A stretch of 64,000 nt of DNA from a virus (Duplodnaviria > Caudoviricetes), in the IMG/VR virus record IMGVR_UViG_3300023170_004399, positions 96,001-160,000 of that record; one strand, written 5' to 3'. The position numbers and the translations under genes are program-made. Shown piece after piece: positions 10,378 through 20,654 of this stretch (positions within the stretch are counted from its first letter, which is position 1; every line of letters starts with the position of its first letter). The notes below the pieces were generated by a model. That model ran no database searches and was not told where the DNA came from. It saw only the letters and a program-made list of their open reading frames with translations.

Positions 10378-13300
10378 ATGCCAAGATATGGAAGAAAATT
10401 AGAACCATTTAACCCAAATAAACAATTTAGACCACAAAACTCCGCTGATACTGGTTTTTATACTGGTGATGTCGGAGATGATCTGTTGTTTTGGTTAAAA
10501 TATAATCAACATGCGCTTACAGTTTCTAATGGCGCTAACAGTAATTTAGTTACTTTGTCAACTCCCGATCATGATTTTACGAATGGCCCTAACATTAGGT
10601 TCCCAGTTGGCGCTGCATTACATAAGCAAAATGTCGACGAAAATCTTCAAATAACTGGACTGACAGATCAAAATATGTTTCCAACAGACGAAAAAGGTTT
10701 TTTAATATCCGGATGGGTTTATTTAAAATCATATAATGCTGATGGTTCTGGTTCGAACAATGGCAGTTGTATCATATCAAAAAATCGATCAGAAGATGGT
10801 GGTTTTGATGTGTTTATTAACAATACTGGGAACATAGGAATTAGATTTTATGGTAATGGCGCATCACATTATCAAAAATTTATTGTTGCATATACGTCAT
10901 CTCCGGTACCATTAAATGCTTGGTTTCATTTTATCATATATGTAAATGGTGCTACTGCAGTAACAGAGAATATTGGCGATTATGAATTTTCTAGTGGTAC
11001 TTTTTTAGATGGTGTCAAGATAATGTTGAATGGCCAAGATAAAAGTTTAGCATTATCTTATACAAATACTACAATTCCGTTCTTAGATAGTAGTTCGACT
11101 GCAATGACAATTAATGTTGCGTACGGTGACGGTGAAGACGATGGCACTTTCCCTCCAGACGGTAAAGTTTTCTTGAATGGCTACTTAGCAGAAATAATAA
11201 TGATAAATGGTGCGTCTATACTAAATGCAGAAGACAAGCTTTCATTTATATATAAAGTTGCTAAAGATGGCATGTTAGGTTATCAATCTGGATATATAGA
11301 CAACCCATATCGTGTTGAGTTAAACGACAGACAAATTAACGTAAGATCTCCGTCTTTAACCATTCCGGGGGATCATAGAGCAAAAGGCAATCACAGAATA
11401 TTTTTTGATGACAGTAATGGGCAGCCAGATGGTGCTGTAGGAAGTATAAACTATGCTTCAAGATTATTTGTAGAAGATACATATAATGCTGCTGTTTTTG
11501 ATAACAAAACGTTTTTTGATGGCAATTTAATTTTTCAATCAACAAGCAGTACAGATTATTATGAGACTAGCAGAGTTTTTAGGAGCCCTTCTTTCAAGCA
11601 AAGTATCGAACCATTTATAGAAAGTAGAATTTACATTGAAGATGACAATAGTAATTATTTAGTCGCTACAGCTCCCGAAATATTACCAAATTTTAGTCAA
11701 TCGTTAAGAAATAAAGATGTTATAACAATAGAATTGCCATTAGCTAATGACAACATTATTGGCAACGTCAGTAATTCTTCAACAAGGACAGATCAAATTC
11801 CTGTAATGTGTTATTACAATTCTGAAAATAATCTTTTCGAAAATAAACCCGGCTTTACTTTATATACGTTTAACCGATCACCATCAGATGCACCTATATT
11901 TACCGGTAATTTAACTGGCAGTTGCATTGCATTTAATCATTTAACAGCTCCATTATCTGCTAGTATGGAAGCCGGCTCATTTTATTACAATAATAATTTG
12001 CATTTTTGGGCTGACGAGTATTACAAAGCGTTTTCAAACCCTATCTCAACTTATGGTTTTCCTGACAGCCAAAGGTATTTGCAAAACAGAGACAGCACGA
12101 TAAAATTAAAAGATTATATTACTGAACCTTTTGTATGCGAATACATAAGAATAAGCGGAATAGAAGCACAATTTTATAATGATGATAATATTTCACAGTA
12201 CCCTAGACCAAACCAGGTAGGAGTACAGGCTCAATTTCCGGGATCACCTACGTTAGTTGTTGCAAGTACATCTATATTATATAATGTGCTACATACATTT
12301 TTGTTGCGACAATATAAATCAAATAAAGTTTTTAGCAGTACGTTACCGGTAGTAGACAAAAATAATAATGTATACACCGCGTCAATTGGTGATGTTACAA
12401 CAAATGAATTTAACAGAGATTTGTTTTGGTCTGACCATTGTAGTTTGTTTTCAGGTAATTCAACTGAGCTGGGTGGAGCAGCACTATCGGATTGGGGTAG
12501 TGCCATGGCATCTTCCCCGCAGCATAACATAACAGATTTGATTGATGACGTATATAGGTTAAAAACAGATCACAAAATTATAAAAATAAGTGATACTAGA
12601 CTATCTGGGTATAGTGACACTCAGCAAATTAATTTTTCTAAAAAACCATCGATGTCTTTCAAAACTGAAACTTCTGGTTTTCTATCGCGATTGCCTTTGA
12701 GTGAATACTATTATGCAACTTTAAATCATAAGTATATTGGCAATTCTGCAAATCATAGCGAACTTTCATCTGCTAGGTTTTTTGGACCAGCTTTGGTTGG
12801 ATTGGGTGAAGAAACATCTTCACCTGGGAACGTATACGTAGATAATGTTTCATTTGCAACTAATCCGCCAATCAATTTTACGACAAAAGAACTTACAGAT
12901 AGTAAAACAAATTATTTATTGATGCCAGAAGACGAATTAATATTCGGCATGCAAACTAATAATATTATTGAGAATTCAAAATATCATGAGTTAGGTGTGA
13001 AAATATTAAGTACTTCAAATATAAAAATAGAAATGTTTGGGTCTTATCTTAAAGATTTAAAACCAAAAAAGTCGGTTAGAAATCAAACAATTGGTTTTGG
13101 AAAAAATATGTCTTCTGTGGCTAATGATGTGCCAAACGATCATGATCAGTTTGATTTAGGCACGATAGGCGAATATACTGGTTCAATGGTTGATGAAGTA
13201 TATGGCAATGTTTCAGCGCTTACGGAAATTAATTCAGGATTAAGTACTTTTCATGTTGATAGCATGAACCGCGGAAGAATAGGGAGCGTAAGTGCTGGCA

Positions 13301-14217
13301 CCGCAGGTGTTTTTGGATCTTTAACTAGAAATATTAGAATAGATAATGATCAAGAGTATGAAGAACACAGTCTTTGTTTTGATATTCCAAAACTGTTTGA
13401 GAAAATTGGTAAAAGTAATACAATAAGTGAAACAGAATCTGGTGGTCAAAGTAGAAGGTTGTTTCTTATAGGTGACCACAGCGAACCTTATAATGAAAAA
13501 TGGTCTTTTAGTTATATATATGAAGAATATGATATTGATAGCACTGATTTATTAATCACACCATTTTCAAATGATAATAGAGCACACGGCCTGCAATATA
13601 GAAATGCAGCGGTGTCACCCTACATGACAAATCACTTTAGTGAACCATTTGATTATTCAGTATATTCAGATGCGTTTGTTATTTTAGATCCAACCATTAC
13701 AAATAAATACACAGTTGATGATGTTGATACATTGGTTAAACAAATCTCACTAGGGGATGTTGACACTGCATACCGAGTACTAGTTTCTACGGGCCCTAGA
13801 TCTAGAGGTCGTCATCACTTTAGGCCTAACCCAAATCAAGCTTTGCAAAAATTTGCATTGCATCTGCGAGGGTTGAAATATGGTCTTAGTAATCACAAAC
13901 CTAGTTCTGACGCAGCTGTATTTAGGCGTACAAGTTACGGACAGTTTAGGGACATGCTCGAACAAAGAAAGCAAACGACTTTATACACTGCGCAAGGGCA
14001 GTCAGGGTTAGAAATTATTAATTCTTCAATCCCAGTGCAAATAGAATGTAGAGATATATCTGATGGCATAGTGTTAGATTTAACAGATGACGTTAGTAAA
14101 ATTAAAAGAAACAACAAAGATTTTTATCAGAAAAGCACAAAAGGGTTTTTTGACAACGAGCCTATATATAATGATCCAAACGCAATAACTGACGAGGATT
14201 TAATTACTATTGAATAA
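10378..14217 (+). CDS. Large virion protein with N-terminal LamG/ConA-like domain (1279 aa)
   Basis: GFLISGWVYLK..CIISKN..GFDVFINN..LNAWFHFII..LNGYLAEII pattern; remainder unrecognised. Confidence 0.6.
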   Translation: MPRYGRKLEPFNPNKQFRPQNSADTGFYTGDVGDDLLFWLKYNQHALTVSNGANSNLVTLSTPDHDFTNGPNIRFPVGAALHKQNVDENLQITGLTDQNMFPTDEKGFLISGWVYLKSYNADGSGSNNGSCIISKNRSEDGGFDVFINNTGNIGIRFYGNGASHYQKFIVAYTSSPVPLNAWFHFIIYVNGATAVTENIGDYEFSSGTFLDGVKIMLNGQDKSLALSYTNTTIPFLDSSSTAMTINVAYGDGEDDGTFPPDGKVFLNGYLAEIIMINGASILNAEDKLSFIYKVAKDGMLGYQSGYIDNPYRVELNDRQINVRSPSLTIPGDHRAKGNHRIFFDDSNGQPDGAVGSINYASRLFVEDTYNAAVFDNKTFFDGNLIFQSTSSTDYYETSRVFRSPSFKQSIEPFIESRIYIEDDNSNYLVATAPEILPNFSQSLRNKDVITIELPLANDNIIGNVSNSSTRTDQIPVMCYYNSENNLFENKPGFTLYTFNRSPSDAPIFTGNLTGSCIAFNHLTAPLSASMEAGSFYYNNNLHFWADEYYKAFSNPISTYGFPDSQRYLQNRDSTIKLKDYITEPFVCEYIRISGIEAQFYNDDNISQYPRPNQVGVQAQFPGSPTLVVASTSILYNVLHTFLLRQYKSNKVFSSTLPVVDKNNNVYTASIGDVTTNEFNRDLFWSDHCSLFSGNSTELGGAALSDWGSAMASSPQHNITDLIDDVYRLKTDHKIIKISDTRLSGYSDTQQINFSKKPSMSFKTETSGFLSRLPLSEYYYATLNHKYIGNSANHSELSSARFFGPALVGLGEETSSPGNVYVDNVSFATNPPINFTTKELTDSKTNYLLMPEDELIFGMQTNNIIENSKYHELGVKILSTSNIKIEMFGSYLKDLKPKKSVRNQTIGFGKNMSSVANDVPNDHDQFDLGTIGEYTGSMVDEVYGNVSALTEINSGLSTFHVDSMNRGRIGSVSAGTAGVFGSLTRNIRIDNDQEYEEHSLCFDIPKLFEKIGKSNTISETESGGQSRRLFLIGDHSEPYNEKWSFSYIYEEYDIDSTDLLITPFSNDNRAHGLQYRNAAVSPYMTNHFSEPFDYSVYSDAFVILDPTITNKYTVDDVDTLVKQISLGDVDTAYRVLVSTGPRSRGRHHFRPNPNQALQKFALHLRGLKYGLSNHKPSSDAAVFRRTSYGQFRDMLEQRKQTTLYTAQGQSGLEIINSSIPVQIECRDISDGIVLDLTDDVSKIKRNNKDFYQKSTKGFFDNEPIYNDPNAITDEDLITIE

Positions 14218-14220
14218 TTA
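14214..14220 (+). promoter_or_regulatory. Candidate late promoter ATAATTA (giant fibre gene)
   Basis: 33 nt before ATG 14247. Confidence 0.4.
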
Positions 14221-14246
14221 TTAGTTAAAGTTAGGAAAGTTAAGTT

Positions 14247-17200
14247 ATGCCAAAGCCAAAAAGTACAACGCTGGACAAGCTGGGTTTAAGTAAAGTCAAG
14301 CTAGGACAATCTGCCGCAACTAATAACACAAAGTGGACAGATAATGAAATAAAAAAATCAGACCTGCTTGTTTTAAGAAATGCAAAGACAGAATTTGTTG
14401 CAAATGTTATAGCGCCTAACGGTTTTCAAGTAGGTTTGACACAGAATGGTTATTCAAAAAATTTATTAGTAACCGGTGATGTTACAGCCACTGGGTTAAC
14501 TGGTTCATTGACACAATTAAAAAGCGGAGCTCCTTACCTTAAATCAGGTACAAATATTGCGATTACTACCGGATCAGATGGCTCTGTTACTATTTCTAGT
14601 GACAATATTGGCACGGCGATAGATATTGCTGGTTTAAGTAATAGTTTAACGTATAGCACACTAGCTTCCGGTGATCTAGCAGCTATAGCTGATGTTAATG
14701 ATTCTAATAATGTAAAAAAAATAACAGTCGCTAACATTGGAAGATATTTAGGGTCAGCAACAAATGCTGGTTTGATTGGCGGCACAAGCAGTGGTAAATT
14801 ATATTTAGATTTTGATAATTTGGCATCAGCCACAGTCAATGTAGGGTCAGATTTAATTGCATTTTATGACAGTAGTTCAACTGACACTATTAAAACTAAA
14901 AAAGATACTATAGCTGATCTGGTTGAAGCAATAAGAGGTACAACGTCTGATACAGGTTTGACTTCTACTAGCGGTGTTTTAAGTATCGATATTACAAATA
15001 TGTCTACTGTCGCCAGTTTAGCTGGTAGCGATGAAATATTAATATATGACATTACAGAATCCGGATTAAAAAAGACAACTGTCAGTGATATACAAAACCT
15101 AGGTTTAGATTTAGACACAGTTAGTGCAGGTATTATCGATGTTGGCAATGACAGTATAGTTTTTATTGATTCAAGCGACTCAAATGGCTCGAAAAAAGAA
15201 AGTGTTGTCGATTTTATAGCAGCTATAGCTGGTACCGGATTGTCAGCTGCAGCTGGTGTTTTAAGCTTAACTTCTAATGCAATAACAGTAACAGCTGGTG
15301 ATGGTTTAACTGGAGGCGGCTCAGTTGCTTTAGGTTCTTCTACGACTTTAACAGTTGATGCATCCGGGTTTGCTGGCACTGGGTTAGAAGATGATGGATC
15401 AGGAAATTTAAGAATTTCTTCTGCTGCAGCTGGAGCTGGTCTGACCGGTGGTTCTGGCACTGCATTGTCACTTAGTTTTGGCAATGGCTCCGGTAACGTT
15501 GCACAAGGTTCAAATACAATTACAATTGTTCCAGGAGATGGGCTATCGACTGGTGGCACTGCTATTATTGGTAACGCTACTTCAAACATTGTTTTAGATA
15601 TAGAGCCAGAAGATTTTGCTGGTACCGGAATATCAGTTAGCAATAATAATATGCATACATATTTAAGCGCTAGTACTAATATTACGATTACAACTGGGTC
15701 TGATGGGCATTTAATAATAGCAGCTGATGGTGCCGGTTTAGGTTCTATGTCATCTTTTAATATTCAAAGCGATGATAGTAACACTAGCACAATCGAGAAT
15801 AGTGAAACTATAATTCTTTCTGGTGGTATTGGTGTTAACACTTATAAACCATCAGATAATCAGATTGTTTTTGACATCGACGACTCAGTTGTTGCAACGC
15901 TTTCTGGTTCTCAGTTTTCTGGCAATGTCGGAGTAACTGGTTCTATAGAAGCTACTAGTTTCTTTAGTGGATCCATGTTTAAGGCACCAGTCTTATCTGG
16001 ATCTTTGACCCAGCTGGAGGACGGTAGTTCTTATTTGATTGCTGGTAATAATATTACTATCACAACTGGGTCAAATGGATCTATAACGATAGCAGCTGCA
16101 ACTGGCAGTGCTGGCAGTAATCCGGGCAGTCCCGTTAATAGTGTGCAGTTTAACAATTCCGGCACTCTAGGCGGCGATACGGATTTTTTATATAATAGTA
16201 CCGATAATATTTTAACCTTGTCTGGTACCGTACAGCAGTTAACTGCCAGTATATTTTCTACGGAATATTCAGGATCTGTTAGTTTAATTACACAAGCCGA
16301 TTTTGATAGTAACATTACATTTGTTTTACCTGAAGATGTAGGTGAAAAGTTTCAGTTTTTACAAACAGATGGTACTGGTAATTTAACTTTTGACTTTGCA
16401 GATCGTGTAAGAATACAAGTAAGAAATAATTCTGGCTATGATTTAGATGCAGGGACGCCTGTTTATATTACTGGCTATAATGCCGGGGGAGATAGAGCTT
16501 ACATTGCTGTTTCTTCTGCTTCTTTAGATTCTACAATGCCAGCAGCTGCTATTTTGGCAGAAGATTTAAATAATAACTCTAACGGACACGCAGCGCTTAT
16601 TGGTTTTTTAGAAGGCGTAGACACCTCAGCTTTTAGTGTTGGCAACACGTTATATGTTGCAGCGGATGGAGGTTTAACAGATACAAAGCCACTAGATGCG
16701 GATGTGTTGATACAAAACGTTGGATTTGTTTTAAAAGCTGCAAATAACGGAATTATGTATGTAACATCTCCGGGAAGGACAAATGACGTTCCAAACGACT
16801 TGGTAGGAAGAGCTGGTTTATCGGGATCTTTACAAACTTTAGTTAATGGTGACCCATATTTAATTGCTGGTACAAATATTACAATTTCTACTGGGTCCGA
16901 TGGTTCTATAACTATATCATCTACTGGCAGTGGTGGAGGTGGATCAATTACTGCTAGTAGTGGATCGACTACAATAACTAACATGTCGACAATAAGGTTT
17001 GGACCTGGTTTAATTATGAATGAAGATTCAACAGGAATAGCATCTGTCACAGCATCAATTGGCTTACCAGAGGATGGTACTTATACTGATGGGCTATTTA
17101 CGGATTTTACGCCGTCAACTCCCATAGGTACAGCTATCGATAGGTTTAATGAAATACTTTCTTCACTCTCACCTAGTCCAGCTCCTGCTTTGGACAACAT

Positions 17201-20200
17201 ATCAGAAAATGTGTCTAATGGTATCAGTGCAGTTTTATCTTTTGGTGCTAGTAATGATCAAACTTCTGAAACACCATCATATCCGTCTGTGTTGTCAACT
17301 GCAGGACTTGGCGACGAAAAAGATGTAAATGAAACATATTCAGCAACAACTGATGGTGACAACAATATCAGATTAGGAATATATGCTAAAACACAAGATG
17401 TTAGTGGGATATTAAATGATGATGTCGTTAGTAATAATCAAGGTGGCGGCAGTTATGTAAATTATCCTGCAAATAGCTTTGGTGATGGTGATACTGGTGT
17501 TTTAAAACTAGAAGTCAACGGATCTGTGTTAAAAGAGATAGATTTAACAGTCGAAGCTGGCGCAGGTGACTCTGGGTCAGGTACTGCTGACTATTTGAAT
17601 GCAAATTTATCTGGTTTTTTAAATATATCTACAGCTACGGCCGGTACCTTTTCAAATGGTAGCACTTTTGAAACATTTAAACACAGAACCGGTGAATATA
17701 TTGTTAAAACTGCAGATCAAAGAAACGGTTGGAACTACTTAAGAGTTACTCATGTTAAAACCGGATCAACTGTAACAACTAATTATGTTGAATGGGTTAA
17801 TGATGATAATGCGGATGCATTAAATAGCGCTGGAAATTCAATTAATTTTGAAGGGTCCGGCTCAATACATTTATCCGGTGTAGAATACTTTCAAAGTGGC
17901 AGCTTAACATATAACAATCGTGTCTCTAATGCTTATAAATACGTATATGACACAAATAATGTGACATTTTCAACTTCTAATTCAGCAGATAGTAGCAACA
18001 GTCTATCATTTAGTTTTTCTGCGCTATCAAAAGAGTCGATTGACACTGCTGGCGGTGAAGATCATACAAAACAGCTACATATTACTAGGTCAACTGATAT
18101 TGACGCAAATTATTTTTTAAATGGCACAGTAACTGTTGGCACAAATGTAACTCATCCTTTAAAAGCAAACCTTTCTAACTCTGGTCAGGCAACAGCTAAT
18201 CAAATATTGATGTATAATCTAACAAATACGTCAAGTCCGCAGCTGGAAACGTTTAGAAGGGAAGATTACCGCATAATATCTAGCAGTTATGACACACAGG
18301 CTAGTACTACTGCGTCAGAAAACATATGGAACTCAGAAACATACATTACAGGATCCGGAGCACACAGTGATGGGCTGCAATTTTATGATAGAAAGCTATT
18401 TGCGCCAACAAATACTTTAAATTCAGGCGACTTTTCATCTTTTGCAAATGGTCCATCAGGAAACCCGGATTATTCCGCGGAAACTAGTGGAAAAAGAACA
18501 TTTTTTAGAACCTTTCAAAACAATTCTGGTGATTTTGCTCGAGATTTTGATATTACAATATCAGGTACTGGCACAGATATTGATAGTTTAGGTACGTCTT
18601 TGAGCACAGACAACATACATGTATTGATTAGATGTCCACAAACCAGTAGTTGGATGGATTTAGGTAGTGAATTTAACTATCAATCTAGCAGTTACGGCGA
18701 TGGTGGTTACATTGGTACGTTTACTCGTGCTTTAGGAACACAAAATCATTTTAGTTTTGGCACCGGGTCTATAGCTGCAAATGACAGAATTGTTGTAGCC
18801 ATCGAAGCCGATGCCAGCTGGGCAGGTAATATATCAGAAATATCAGTAAATTTTCCAGCGACAGCTAATAATGCTGTAAATGACTCTGACCCTGTACAAG
18901 ATTTAGATTCTGCGGACAGCGGCAACGTTGGATACTTAAGTTTCGGTGCTAGCAATGATTTGTCTTCTGTCGCTGATGGCAGTTATGTTAGTGTTACAAA
19001 TGCAGCTGGGTTAGGAAGTGAAGACGTTAATGATCTGTATACTACTGAAACATCATCTGGAAATGAAAGAATTAGATTATTTCAGAAAACAACAGAAATT
19101 AATGGTACAGTTAACCAGAGTACGAATGCTAACGGTAACAGTTACCCGGCGAATAGTTTTAGAGATGGCCACACTGGTTCTCTAGTGTTAGAAATTAATG
19201 GCGTTGAAAGCCACAGTGTAGACTTGTATAATTTTACTTTAGGCACAGTTGGTAATACTACCTCATATAACTCGAATGGATCCGGGTTTTTTAATATTAC
19301 AGAGGCGCTTAATGGAAAAGATGGCGACAATTTACCTGATTTTCGGAAATTTTATAGAACAGCAGATTACAAAGTCTCAACTGCGGATCAAGTTAACGGC
19401 ATGAACTATGTTAGAGTAATACACAGAATAGATGGTGAAACAGATCGTGAAACTGATTACATAGAGTGGGTCAATGATGATGACTCTAACAACATATCAA
19501 TATCGAATACAGGGTATACTCAGTTTGGAGCGGCTGCATTTTATAATTTGTCTGGTGTCAAGTACTTCACAACTACCAATAGGCCAACTGGAAGTTTTGA
19601 TTTTACAGTTTCAAATGCATACAGAAACGTTTACAGTGACAGCAGCAGTGCTATATCAACATCTACTTCATTATTTACAGTAACCAGCATTGAAGTGTCA
19701 GGTTCGAAGTTAACATCAGGCGGTAACACCGTTTCTGGCACATCTCGTTCACTACAAACATTAGATGCGACAAAAAGTGACGTGCATGAAGCTGTGTTCG
19801 ATGTTACAGCAAGTATTAGATACTCCGGAGCAAATTCACTACCCCCTTCTTCAGTTGGTGTTTCAACAACACAAAGAAGAGGATCTTTTAACTCTACTAT
19901 TTCACACGTTTTTTCTGCAAAGAATGCTAGCGTTGGCAGCACTAACAGTGATTACTTCCTAGTTTTCAGCGATAGTAATACTTCGAATGCAAACACCCGC
20001 GAATATTTCGATAGTGAAACTTATAGATTGGTTTCAGGCAGTTATGCAGCACAGTCGGATGTTACTGATTCTTCGAATGAGTGGTCATCAACGACTAGCT
20101 TAAATGACAATGCTTCTTACCCTGAACATGCTACAGGGTTGTTAATATATAATACGCAACTAATGTCACCTACAAAGGGTCCAGACAGTGGTGATTTTAG

Positions 20201-20654
20201 AGACGTAAATGAGGGCGGAAGTTTTATAGCGCCACCTGGGAACCCAGATTACAGTAGCTTAACAAATAGTGAAAGAGATTATTATCGATACTTTTATAAT
20301 AACACAGTTAATAGTGTTGCGCAAGTAACAATAACTGTTTATGGTGATGCTACTTTGGTAACTAGAGCGACAGCCTTAAGTGGTAAAAATGTATACATCG
20401 ATGCTAAAATTCCTGGCAAAACTGGTTTTTTAGACACAGCTTTAGGCGCGCTTGGTGGAAACAATGATGGAGATGGAGGCCTTTCAGGCGATTTAGATCC
20501 AACCATCGATGGAAGCGGAGCAACAAATATATGTACCTTTAATGGCCAAAGATTACTTGGTTCAATTGAAGGTTCAGAATATTTAATATTAAGAATAGTC
20601 ACAAATGACAGCTGGACAGGATATATATCTAGAATAGACGTGAGTTACAGTTAA
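14247..20654 (+). CDS. Giant fibre/adhesin-like virion protein (2135 aa)
   Basis: Gly/Ser/Thr/Asp-rich; repeated SGSLTQLxDGxxYLxAGxNITIxTGSxGSxTI modules; large C-terminal tandem duplication. Confidence 0.75.
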   Translation: MPKPKSTTLDKLGLSKVKLGQSAATNNTKWTDNEIKKSDLLVLRNAKTEFVANVIAPNGFQVGLTQNGYSKNLLVTGDVTATGLTGSLTQLKSGAPYLKSGTNIAITTGSDGSVTISSDNIGTAIDIAGLSNSLTYSTLASGDLAAIADVNDSNNVKKITVANIGRYLGSATNAGLIGGTSSGKLYLDFDNLASATVNVGSDLIAFYDSSSTDTIKTKKDTIADLVEAIRGTTSDTGLTSTSGVLSIDITNMSTVASLAGSDEILIYDITESGLKKTTVSDIQNLGLDLDTVSAGIIDVGNDSIVFIDSSDSNGSKKESVVDFIAAIAGTGLSAAAGVLSLTSNAITVTAGDGLTGGGSVALGSSTTLTVDASGFAGTGLEDDGSGNLRISSAAAGAGLTGGSGTALSLSFGNGSGNVAQGSNTITIVPGDGLSTGGTAIIGNATSNIVLDIEPEDFAGTGISVSNNNMHTYLSASTNITITTGSDGHLIIAADGAGLGSMSSFNIQSDDSNTSTIENSETIILSGGIGVNTYKPSDNQIVFDIDDSVVATLSGSQFSGNVGVTGSIEATSFFSGSMFKAPVLSGSLTQLEDGSSYLIAGNNITITTGSNGSITIAAATGSAGSNPGSPVNSVQFNNSGTLGGDTDFLYNSTDNILTLSGTVQQLTASIFSTEYSGSVSLITQADFDSNITFVLPEDVGEKFQFLQTDGTGNLTFDFADRVRIQVRNNSGYDLDAGTPVYITGYNAGGDRAYIAVSSASLDSTMPAAAILAEDLNNNSNGHAALIGFLEGVDTSAFSVGNTLYVAADGGLTDTKPLDADVLIQNVGFVLKAANNGIMYVTSPGRTNDVPNDLVGRAGLSGSLQTLVNGDPYLIAGTNITISTGSDGSITISSTGSGGGGSITASSGSTTITNMSTIRFGPGLIMNEDSTGIASVTASIGLPEDGTYTDGLFTDFTPSTPIGTAIDRFNEILSSLSPSPAPALDNISENVSNGISAVLSFGASNDQTSETPSYPSVLSTAGLGDEKDVNETYSATTDGDNNIRLGIYAKTQDVSGILNDDVVSNNQGGGSYVNYPANSFGDGDTGVLKLEVNGSVLKEIDLTVEAGAGDSGSGTADYLNANLSGFLNISTATAGTFSNGSTFETFKHRTGEYIVKTADQRNGWNYLRVTHVKTGSTVTTNYVEWVNDDNADALNSAGNSINFEGSGSIHLSGVEYFQSGSLTYNNRVSNAYKYVYDTNNVTFSTSNSADSSNSLSFSFSALSKESIDTAGGEDHTKQLHITRSTDIDANYFLNGTVTVGTNVTHPLKANLSNSGQATANQILMYNLTNTSSPQLETFRREDYRIISSSYDTQASTTASENIWNSETYITGSGAHSDGLQFYDRKLFAPTNTLNSGDFSSFANGPSGNPDYSAETSGKRTFFRTFQNNSGDFARDFDITISGTGTDIDSLGTSLSTDNIHVLIRCPQTSSWMDLGSEFNYQSSSYGDGGYIGTFTRALGTQNHFSFGTGSIAANDRIVVAIEADASWAGNISEISVNFPATANNAVNDSDPVQDLDSADSGNVGYLSFGASNDLSSVADGSYVSVTNAAGLGSEDVNDLYTTETSSGNERIRLFQKTTEINGTVNQSTNANGNSYPANSFRDGHTGSLVLEINGVESHSVDLYNFTLGTVGNTTSYNSNGSGFFNITEALNGKDGDNLPDFRKFYRTADYKVSTADQVNGMNYVRVIHRIDGETDRETDYIEWVNDDDSNNISISNTGYTQFGAAAFYNLSGVKYFTTTNRPTGSFDFTVSNAYRNVYSDSSSAISTSTSLFTVTSIEVSGSKLTSGGNTVSGTSRSLQTLDATKSDVHEAVFDVTASIRYSGANSLPPSSVGVSTTQRRGSFNSTISHVFSAKNASVGSTNSDYFLVFSDSNTSNANTREYFDSETYRLVSGSYAAQSDVTDSSNEWSSTTSLNDNASYPEHATGLLIYNTQLMSPTKGPDSGDFRDVNEGGSFIAPPGNPDYSSLTNSERDYYRYFYNNTVNSVAQVTITVYGDATLVTRATALSGKNVYIDAKIPGKTGFLDTALGALGGNNDGDGGLSGDLDPTIDGSGATNICTFNGQRLLGSIEGSEYLILRIVTNDSWTGYISRIDVSYS

